From: Bacteriovoracaceae bacterium
Lineage (GTDB): Bacteria > Bdellovibrionota > Bacteriovoracia > Bacteriovoracales > Bacteriovoracaceae
Direction of reading: 5' to 3'
Length of the DNA stretch: 24,092 nt
Assembly: GCA_041586955.1 (NCBI GenBank)
Contig: JBFGZE010000048.1
Location: forward strand, 1 to 24,092
The translations under genes were made by a program, and so were the position numbers. The notes under the pieces are model-generated. The model worked only from the letters and a program-made list of their open reading frames with translations, searched no databases and was not told the DNA's origin. Positions 17,108-24,092 of the stretch are shown piece after piece; the stretch's first letter is position 1, and each line of letters begins with the position of its first letter.

Positions 17108-17497
17108 CTAATTAAAAATTCGTCGTAAAATTTTAGACCTTGGAGAACTATTGAGGGACTTAACCCATTTTCCCTTTTCTCTCACCTTATTCCAAAACTC
17201 ATTGGCGGCCAAACCATTGATTTTCAATTCGTTAAACTCCTGGGCGGTTAATAAACGAAATCCCTCCTTGCCGAAACTCTGGCATAGGCCAAGGCCAAAA
17301 ACCTCCACTTCTTCTAGGTTTTCAAAAGGTCCTAGCCCGTCACCTAACTCAGATTTTTGGCCAAAGGCTTCGTAGTAAATCTCATCGAGGTTTTCCTCTA
17401 GATAATGTTGTCCTTGATCCATAATGGCTACCAAATTCCACTGGCCGTGGCCAAAATGAGGACAACCAGCAACCAAGATCAATTCCTTCCTTTTCAT
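17108..17497 (-). CDS. Hypothetical protein (129 aa)
   Basis: ATGA overlap with the upstream 573-aa gene and plausible globular composition; no family recognised. Confidence 0.7.
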   Translation of the reverse strand: MKRKELILVAGCPHFGHGQWNLVAIMDQGQHYLEENLDEIYYEAFGQKSELGDGLGPFENLEEVEVFGLGLCQSFGKEGFRLLTAQEFNELKINGLAANEFWNKVREKGKWVKSLNSSPRSKILRRIFN

Positions 17498-19215
17498 TCT
17501 AATACTCCAAACTCAAAAATGAGGGAACCATGAGGGCCCATCTCCAATTCAATCATTTCATTGACTGTTTTGGCCTCGGCCTGAACCTGATCAATGATTT
17601 TAGTAAGAACAAAAGAACGGTTCATTGGAATTTTAAACTTATGTTTATAACTATGAGGATTAAAAATCCCCAAGCGGCGGACTTCATGAAATTTAAGCTC
17701 TCCTGGCGTTGGAAATCGCCTCCGCCAAAATTGAAAAACGCCGTCCGGTAGTTCTACGTCAAGGGCCTTAAAATCGTTAAGCGAGAAAACTCTTTGCCAA
17801 CAATTATTCTTTGCATTGGGGCTTAATTCGGCGACGTCCCGGAAGTCGAGAACCACTAAATTCCCCTCTCCTAAATGCGCCCAACTGACTTCTGGCCCAA
17901 AATGATAATGATCCAGCTCTAATTCATTTTCTAAAATAAAAGTTTCAAAACGCGCCCTAAGTTCAACATTTAAACTTCCTTTATCTAAAATAATATTGGC
18001 GCCATTGAGAAATAATCTCAAAATATGAGAGAATTTTTTTTGATCGAGGTCGGCTCCCTCGAAAATATAAAAACGTTCATCTGACTCACGATCTTCCTGA
18101 TGGATGAAGTCCTCAAGCTTATCTTTTTGTAAACAATAAGTATGGCGTTTATGGATGAAGTCCAAAAGACCTAATGATTCATAACGGCCAGGCGTAGAGC
18201 CATATAATTCAAAAAGAACAAGAGGTGTATAACTATTATTCTCAATAAAATCGTTATTCGCTCCAAAATGAGAATAGAGAGATTTAGGACTCAATTCCTG
18301 TAAAAAGCGATTTAAAATTCCGGTTTTATTTCTGGTCGGCAAAAGCACAGTTGAAGGGATCACACCCAGGGTAATACCAGTTAAAGATCGTTCAATATAA
18401 TCACTCGCTGATTCTTGTCCACTCAGTCGTTTAAAAAAATCACTACGACTGCCTCCGAGGAAATTGAGAGTATTTTCTCCTTCCCAAAAATCACCGAGAA
18501 TTCGTTTCGCTTCCTGTGAGTAAAGCTGTCTTATTGTATGGAAAAATTCTTCATGTAATAATTTTTCATGCCCGGGATTATCAATAGTGACGCCCTCTTC
18601 CCGCCATAATTCTCGTTTAGCAGCAAGGAAACGAGTAAAGGCCTGTTCGTAAACATGAGAATAGTCTTGAAAAAAGCTATGCCATTGTTCTCCCGTCACA
18701 GTCCCACAATCGATACCGCGAATCCCGACGGACAATTTTTCGCGATCAAAATATGAGCGTAAGGCGTGAACGAACTGAGCAAAGCCTTTGAATACCCTGG
18801 AATCGAAAAAAGAAAAAAGCAATTGATGTTCATCAAAAGCATCAAAGCAGCCCTGATTAATCCCCTCAAAATCAGTGGCGGCAACACGTGCCAGATAGGG
18901 AGGAAGACCACCATTTGGTAAGAAAGGGGCCGGTGCTAACGGTAATAAAAATTCTAATTTTACTGAGGATTCCGCTGCCAATTGAACTAATTTTGCCAAT
19001 TGCGTTTCCGGTCGCTCCCCTCCAAAATCAAAACCTTCCCCGTGATGTGAATGAAAGGCCCAATTAAGAGGAACGTAAAGAATGGCCCCCATTGGGAGTT
19101 GCTCTAACTTGGCCTTCCACAGGGAAGCCGAAGTTTTCCAATAATAAAACCAATTTTCACCGGGAAACACTGCATCATCATCGCATAAGACAGGGGTCGT
19201 TAATTCCGCATTCAA
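17494..19215 (-). CDS. GH35/GH42 beta-galactosidase-like protein, apparently catalytically degenerate
   Basis: YYWKTSASLWKAKL..YVPLNWAFHS..EGFDFGG..LAKLVQLA..PAPFLPNGGLPPYL parallels the GH35 N-terminus. A later segment resembles the GH42 middle domain. No NE/ENE acid-base motif is visible. Confidence 0.65.
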   Translation of the reverse strand: MNAELTTPVLCDDDAVFPGENWFYYWKTSASLWKAKLEQLPMGAILYVPLNWAFHSHHGEGFDFGGERPETQLAKLVQLAAESSVKLEFLLPLAPAPFLPNGGLPPYLARVAATDFEGINQGCFDAFDEHQLLFSFFDSRVFKGFAQFVHALRSYFDREKLSVGIRGIDCGTVTGEQWHSFFQDYSHVYEQAFTRFLAAKRELWREEGVTIDNPGHEKLLHEEFFHTIRQLYSQEAKRILGDFWEGENTLNFLGGSRSDFFKRLSGQESASDYIERSLTGITLGVIPSTVLLPTRNKTGILNRFLQELSPKSLYSHFGANNDFIENNSYTPLVLFELYGSTPGRYESLGLLDFIHKRHTYCLQKDKLEDFIHQEDRESDERFYIFEGADLDQKKFSHILRLFLNGANIILDKGSLNVELRARFETFILENELELDHYHFGPEVSWAHLGEGNLVVLDFRDVAELSPNAKNNCWQRVFSLNDFKALDVELPDGVFQFWRRRFPTPGELKFHEVRRLGIFNPHSYKHKFKIPMNRSFVLTKIIDQVQAEAKTVNEMIELEMGPHGSLIFEFGVLE

Positions 19216-19327
19216 AACACCATCCTTGGTTGCAGGGAATTCATTAGAATTCTAACAATTTCATGGGAGTGATGTAAAGCGTCTATTGTTTGGAGCTAGG
19301 CCATTTCTTTCAATTTCGAAGTCTATT

Positions 19328-19336
19328 TGCTATAAA
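19328..19336 (+). promoter_or_regulatory. Extended -10 element for the acyl-CoA dehydrogenase / pgi unit
   Basis: TGCTATAAA about 32 nt upstream of ATG 19369. Confidence 0.4.
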
Positions 19337-19368
19337 TTTTGAAACAAAATCAAGTAAGGATGGTAACT

Positions 19369-20514
19369 ATGTGGTATTTTTCTGAAGAAGAAAGGGCCAT
19401 TCAAGATGTTTGCCGCGACTTTGCTCAAAAAGAGCTTGCGCCAAAAGCAGAAGAATTTGACACCAAAGAAGAATTTAACCTAGAGGCCTTTCGCAAAATG
19501 GGCGAATTGGGAGTTTTAGGAATCACCGCGGACCCTGAATACGGAGGAGCGGGCCTGGGCGCCACAGCGGCGACGATTGTCATGGAGGAGTTTGGCAAGG
19601 CCTGTGCTTCGTCGACTCTTAGTTATTTGGCGCACACAATACTCTGCGTTAATAACATTCAAAATAATGCCAGCGACGAGCAAAAGGCCAAGTATTTACC
19701 CAAGCTCATTAGTGGTGAACATATTGGCTGCATGGGAATGAGTGAGCCCGATTATGGCTCAGATGCAGTAGGCATTCAAACCCGCGCCAAAAAAGATGGC
19801 GATTATTATATTATTAATGGTTCAAAAATGTGGATCACTAACGCTCAATATTCCGATATTGCCTATGTTTACACCCGCACAGGTGATGAGCGTAAAAACC
19901 TGTCGACTTTTATTATTGAGAAAGGCACCGAAGGTTTTAGCATTGGTAAACCAATCCATAAGATGGGAATGCGGGCCTCCCCCACCGGAGAATTAATTTT
20001 TGAAAATGCCAAAGTTCCTGTGAGCAACCTCGTTGGGAACGAGGGCGATTCTATTTATCATATGATGAAAAACCTAGAACTTGAGCGTATCACTATTGCT
20101 GGAATTTCTCTTGGCATCGCTCAGGCCTGTGTCGATCAATGTGTAAAATATGCTACCGAGCGTAAACAATTTGGCAAGAATATTGGTGAATTTCAAATGA
20201 TTCAAAAAATGATTGCTGAAATGGCGACAGAAACAGAGATGATGAGAAACTTTCTCTATAATATCGCCCATCAATATGATCAAGGCCAAAAAGGTCCAGA
20301 GGTTGCGGCGATGGTTAAATTGGCCCTGCCAAAAATGGCCACGAAAATTGCCCTTGATGCGATTCAATTACATGGCGGTTATGGCTATAGCCGCGAGTTC
20401 CCGGTTGAACGTATGATGAGAGATAATAAACTCAATGAAATTGGTGCGGGCACCAATGAGGTGATGATTATGATTATCGCCAAAGGGCTCCTTAAAAACA
20501 TGGCGGCCCATTAA
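19369..20514 (+). CDS. Acyl-CoA dehydrogenase, isovaleryl-CoA dehydrogenase-like
   Basis: MSEPDYGSD, GSKMWITN, KMGMRASPTGEL, RKQFGK, QLHGGYGY. NLELERI plus EIGAGTNE places the catalytic Glu as in IVD. Start set at ATG 19369 behind TAAGGA. Confidence 0.9.
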   Translation: MWYFSEEERAIQDVCRDFAQKELAPKAEEFDTKEEFNLEAFRKMGELGVLGITADPEYGGAGLGATAATIVMEEFGKACASSTLSYLAHTILCVNNIQNNASDEQKAKYLPKLISGEHIGCMGMSEPDYGSDAVGIQTRAKKDGDYYIINGSKMWITNAQYSDIAYVYTRTGDERKNLSTFIIEKGTEGFSIGKPIHKMGMRASPTGELIFENAKVPVSNLVGNEGDSIYHMMKNLELERITIAGISLGIAQACVDQCVKYATERKQFGKNIGEFQMIQKMIAEMATETEMMRNFLYNIAHQYDQGQKGPEVAAMVKLALPKMATKIALDAIQLHGGYGYSREFPVERMMRDNKLNEIGAGTNEVMIMIIAKGLLKNMAAH

Positions 20515-20527
20515 ATAGGAATTAAAA

Positions 20528-21661
20528 ATGTTGAATGAATTGCAAACAGAGCTCAAGAATCAATTAGAACGATTTCGTTTGGAAAAAATTGAACCCTTTA
20601 TGGAAGCTGATGACCATGCTGAAAATTTTCGCATGGATCTCTACAGGGAACTTGGGACCTTGGGCTTTGCCGGCGTCACTCTCCCCGAGGAATACGGTGG
20701 TTCCAATTTAAATTACCAAGATCTCTGTGTTGTTTTATCAGAGATTGCCAAATCATCTGTCTCTTATGCGGTCACCATTTCTGTCTCCACTATGGTTCAA
20801 GCGATTCTCAATGAATTCGGCAACGAACAACAGAAACAAACCTATTTACCCGAGTTAACCTCAGGCCTTGAGATTGGGGCCTTCGCCCTCAGTGAATCCT
20901 CCTCTGGCTCTGATGCTGCGGCCTTAAAAACCACGGCAAAAAAAGTTGATGGTGGCTATAGCCTCAATGGCTCAAAGATGTGGATTACATCTGGCGGTAT
21001 TGCCAAAACCTATATTGTTATGGCGCGAACCGGTGGTGAAGGTGCAAAAGGAATTTCGGCCTTCATTGTTCGTGATGGCATGGCCGGTTTTAGTTACGGC
21101 AAAAAAGAGAAAAAAATGGGCTGGAAAGTGAGTCCTACTCGTGAGCTGATTTTTGAAAATTGCTTTGTTCCAGAAGAAAATCTTCTCAAAGAAGAAGGCC
21201 TTGGTTTTAATATCGCTATGGCGGCCCTCGATAAAGGTCGTATCACCATTGGCGCCATCGCCTGTGGCCTGGCCCAAAGAGCACTTGATGAATCCGTCAC
21301 TTATGCCCTTGGCCGAAGTCAGTTTAACCAACCCATCTTTAATTTCCAAGGTCTGCAGTTTATGATAGCCGATATGGCGGTTGAAATTGAGGCCTCTCGG
21401 CTTCTGGTTAATCAAGCCGCGACTTTATATGATTTAGGCAAACCCGATCAAAAAATTGCCAGTATGGCAAAATTAAAATCCACCGATACCGCAATGAAGG
21501 TGACAACTGATGCAGTCCAGATTCTTGGCGGCGTAGGTTACACTTGTGAATACCCGGTGGAAAGATTGATGAGAGATGCCAAGGTTCTGCAAATTGTTGA
21601 GGGAACCAATCAAATCCAAAAAGTGGTCATCGCTCGCAAATTAAAGCACGAGTACCAATAG
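20528..21661 (+). CDS. Acyl-CoA dehydrogenase (short or branched chain type)
   Basis: FALSESSSGSD, GSKMWITSG, RSQFNQPI, QILGGVGY, IVEGTNQIQ (catalytic Glu in the SCAD/MCAD position). Confidence 0.93.
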   Translation: MLNELQTELKNQLERFRLEKIEPFMEADDHAENFRMDLYRELGTLGFAGVTLPEEYGGSNLNYQDLCVVLSEIAKSSVSYAVTISVSTMVQAILNEFGNEQQKQTYLPELTSGLEIGAFALSESSSGSDAAALKTTAKKVDGGYSLNGSKMWITSGGIAKTYIVMARTGGEGAKGISAFIVRDGMAGFSYGKKEKKMGWKVSPTRELIFENCFVPEENLLKEEGLGFNIAMAALDKGRITIGAIACGLAQRALDESVTYALGRSQFNQPIFNFQGLQFMIADMAVEIEASRLLVNQAATLYDLGKPDQKIASMAKLKSTDTAMKVTTDAVQILGGVGYTCEYPVERLMRDAKVLQIVEGTNQIQKVVIARKLKHEYQ

Positions 21662-21690
21662 TTTTTGATCTTGGACTTAAGGAAAAGTTT

Positions 21691-22944
21691 ATGCCCATAC
21701 AAATTCAAATGAGCCATGGAAGTATTACTTGCGCTAAGGAGCAAACGAATAAGGCCTTTGACCAATTTCAGGAAACTATTCAGAACCCTGACTACGGCTT
21801 CTTTCAGGTTAATCAAAGAACTGAATTATTGACCACCTGTCAGGGAGTCGCAAAAAAATTTACAGCGCGAAAAAACTTTATTCAAGTGGGAATTGGTGGC
21901 AGTTCACTCGGACCAGAGATGCTGATAACCTCTCTGGGTGCTGACTCTGATAAAAACTTTATTTTTATCAATAATATCGATAGTGATAAAATCCATTACC
22001 AATTAAAAGATCTCGACCTTTTAAACTCTCTTTTTTATTTCGTCTCCAAGTCTGGTGGAACGGCCGAACCGATGGCGGCCTTCGCCATTATTAGCGGGCT
22101 CTACAAAGAATTGGGGGTTAATAAAGCTGACCTCAAAAATTATTATGTCTTTGCAACAGACCCTCAAAAATCAGACCTTCTCAACTTGGGGCGCGAGCTT
22201 GGCATTGATTGCTTAGAAATCCCCTCCAATGTAGGCGGACGCTTTTCTGTCCTTACCCCTGTCGGCCTCTTTCCGGCGGTCTTTGCTGGTATCGATGCCG
22301 CAGAATTATTACTGGGTGCCGAGGCGATAAAACCCACTCTCTTAGGAGATGGACCTGAGTCATTGAAAACAATTAGCGCACACCTGATTGGACTCTGGGA
22401 ACAAAAGAAAATTAACCAAACTGTTTTTATGCCCTATTCGAGCATGTTGCGTGATTTTTCATTTTGGTTTGTTCAATTATGGGCCGAGAGTTTAGGCAAA
22501 AGGTTCTCTATAGATGGAACAGAAGTTTTCACTGGCATGACTCCCATTCCCTCCTATGGGGCAACTGACCAACATAGCCAGATGCAATTATTTATGGAAG
22601 GCCCAAATGATAAATGCTTGTTTCTCATTGAAGTCGAAAAGATGAAAAAAGACTTTCCGCTCATTAATGATTTTGAAATTAAAGCGCTAAAAATGCTCAA
22701 TAAACATACCCTGCACCAATTAATGAGGGCGGAGCTCTTAGGCAGCCTAAAGGCCTTAAAAGAGGCAGATAGACCTACCATTCATTTCAAAATTAAGGAA
22801 GTCAATGCCCACTCTATTGGCGCCATGGTTCTTTTCTTCGAATCTCTGACTGCCATCATGGGCCATTACTTGGCAATCAATCCCTTTGATCAACCAGGAG
22901 TGGAGGCCGGCAAAATATATGCTTATGAGTTTCTCGATAAATAA
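21691..22944 (+). CDS. pgi: Glucose-6-phosphate isomerase
   Basis: GIGGSSLG, SKSGGT, VGGRFSVL, QLWAESLGK, DQHSQMQ, NPFDQPGVEAGK. Confidence 0.97.
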   Translation: MPIQIQMSHGSITCAKEQTNKAFDQFQETIQNPDYGFFQVNQRTELLTTCQGVAKKFTARKNFIQVGIGGSSLGPEMLITSLGADSDKNFIFINNIDSDKIHYQLKDLDLLNSLFYFVSKSGGTAEPMAAFAIISGLYKELGVNKADLKNYYVFATDPQKSDLLNLGRELGIDCLEIPSNVGGRFSVLTPVGLFPAVFAGIDAAELLLGAEAIKPTLLGDGPESLKTISAHLIGLWEQKKINQTVFMPYSSMLRDFSFWFVQLWAESLGKRFSIDGTEVFTGMTPIPSYGATDQHSQMQLFMEGPNDKCLFLIEVEKMKKDFPLINDFEIKALKMLNKHTLHQLMRAELLGSLKALKEADRPTIHFKIKEVNAHSIGAMVLFFESLTAIMGHYLAINPFDQPGVEAGKIYAYEFLDK

Positions 22945-23078
22945 ATGGTGATTCCCATATCTCGGCCTTAACTGAGACTATTGATCAATTTTTAAAAGAC
23001 GAGGCTAAGCTGACATCTAATCTCAAGTTTAAAAAAGAAGGCGTCAATGTCCTTCGATTCAAATTTTTAAATAAATAA
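22941..23078 (+). pseudogene. Start-less 45-codon fragment resembling the C-terminal half of a DUF559 (Vsr-like) endonuclease
   Basis: Open frame INGDSHISALTETIDQFLKDEAKLTSNLKFKKEGVNVLRFKFLNK*, compared with the DUF559 pattern DG.SH...G..VLRF.N. It is preceded by an in-frame TAA and has no start codon or RBS. Confidence 0.4.
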
Positions 23079-23126
23079 TAATTACTCATGACGAAAATAT
23101 TCACAATTTAATCCAAGCTTGAAAAC

Positions 23127-23250
23127 GCCCTGAGATGCGCGAGAGAGGCACGGCCATACGGCGCAGGGAAACGCTGCTGCAGTTCTTTTTCCTGAGATAG
23201 GGTAAAATGTGAGCAATTATGATCCTATTGAAATGGCCCTATCACAGGGC
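23127..23250 (+). other. Structured intergenic element with direct and inverted repeats upstream of dgcB
   Basis: CCTGAGAT at 23129 and 23191. CCCTATCACAGGGC at 23237-23250 is complementary (1 mismatch each) to both GCCCTGAGAT 23127-23136 and CCTGAGATAGGG 23191-23202. The core 23127-23181 is GC-rich. Confidence 0.5.
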
Positions 23251-23293
23251 TACAATTGTAAAGGTTATTATATAAGTTCGGAGAAAGACAATT

Positions 23294-24092
23294 ATGGGTA
23301 GTGAAGACTCCACGATCCTACTAACGGATATCAGAGATGCTTTAGCAACCGCTGACAAAGAAGCCGAGAGTAAGCCTGCCGCCTTATTGGTTGTTGGCGG
23401 GGCCCTCAATGGGACTATCTTTAATCTAGATCAAGACCTTGTCTCTGCTGGCCGTAACCCAGATAACTCAATCCCTTTGGAGTTTAATGGTATTTCTCGC
23501 TACCACTTTCGTATTACCGCCCATCTTGAAAATCATATGATCTCAGATGCTGGTTCCAAAAATGGTACCTACGTTAATAATAAAAAAATTGAAGGCGAAT
23601 ATACTCTCAGAAAGGGTGATATTGTTAAAATCGGTATCATTGCTCTTAAATATTTGCCCAAGGGTGACCCCGAGCGTTTGACCTATGATCGCCTCCATTT
23701 TGAGGCCAATACAGATCGCCATACCGGTTGTTATAATAAAACCTATTTTAATAATGCCATTTCGCTTGAAGTGAAAAAATCGAAGATTGCGGGAACTCCC
23801 CTTTCGCTTATTATTTTTGATTTGGACCATTTTAAAAACCTCAACGATAATTTTGGCCATGATGCTGGTGATTATGTTCTGGCAGAAATGGCAGAATTAG
23901 TCCGCACCCATGGTGTGCGCGAAATGGATATCTTCGCCCGCTATGGTGGAGAGGAATTTGTCATTCTCTTGCCGAAAACAAATCTTAAGCAAGCCTTTGA
24001 AATTGCTGAAAGATGTAGAAAACTTATTGAAAATCACCACTTTTTATATGATAACAAACGCTTACCCGTTACCGCCTCTATTGGTGTGGCCG
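23294..24092 (+). CDS. dgcB: FHA-GGDEF diguanylate cyclase, DgcB-like; 3' end runs off the window
   Basis: Not in the ORF track. Manual translation gives tail MGSEDSTILLTDI, FHA (AGRNPDN, ISRYH, DAGSKNGTYVN, LRKGDIVKIG) and GGDEF domain (DLDHFKNLNDNFGHDAGD, REMDIFARYGGEEF, TASIGVA); RBS GGAG. Confidence 0.88.
   Translation, partial: MGSEDSTILLTDIRDALATADKEAESKPAALLVVGGALNGTIFNLDQDLVSAGRNPDNSIPLEFNGISRYHFRITAHLENHMISDAGSKNGTYVNNKKIEGEYTLRKGDIVKIGIIALKYLPKGDPERLTYDRLHFEANTDRHTGCYNKTYFNNAISLEVKKSKIAGTPLSLIIFDLDHFKNLNDNFGHDAGDYVLAEMAELVRTHGVREMDIFARYGGEEFVILLPKTNLKQAFEIAERCRKLIENHHFLYDNKRLPVTASIGVA

Noticed and set aside
23127..23250. 6S RNA or c-di-GMP riboswitch identity for the structured element
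   Set aside because: CCCTGAGATG resembles a 6S 5' end, but the closed unit is only about 124 nt with no long rod, and riboswitch core motifs are not evident.
12839..23860. Further shadow ORFs (12839-13045, 13697-13888, 14046-14258, 14779-15099, 16278-16475, 17151-17375, 20074-20367, 20972-21415, 22554-22781, 23543-23860)
   Set aside because: They overlap sppA, rlmN, the kinase, the ACADs, pgi or dgcB; 23543-23860 is antisense to the FHA-GGDEF gene.
1..24092. CRISPR arrays, tRNA/rRNA genes, intact IS elements or prophage
   Set aside because: No regularly spaced repeats, cloverleafs, transposase, integrase or phage genes were seen, and intergenic gaps are short.

Overview
AT-rich bacterial chromosomal window, mostly housekeeping. 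Gene content (an FHA-GGDEF DgcB-like cyclase and divergent envelope genes) suggests a predatory Bdellovibrionota, probably Bacteriovoracales-like; this taxonomy is an inference. The minus strand carries, in transcription order: a degenerate GH35/GH42-like protein with a coupled hypothetical, a PAS-PAS histidine kinase with a lone receiver, rlmN, a tight envelope cluster (sppA, lapB, SH3b protein, M48-like pseudopeptidase, CPBP-like membrane protein, tolQRAB, no pal), a GAF-AAA-HTH enhancer-binding-protein homologue, a 64-aa protein, a SAMHD1-like HD hydrolase and ftsE-ftsX-envC. The plus strand carries an 89-aa secreted protein behind a sigma-28-like promoter, two acyl-CoA dehydrogenases, pgi, a probable DUF559 remnant, a structured intergenic element and a partial dgcB-like gene. 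envC and dgcB are truncated by the window edges and absent from the ORF track. No rRNA, tRNA, CRISPR array or intact mobile element was seen. The most notable pattern is several intact ORFs whose catalytic motifs are specifically lost or altered (bEBP, M48, CPBP, GH35/42, HD). All family calls come from motif recognition by eye, with no database searches.
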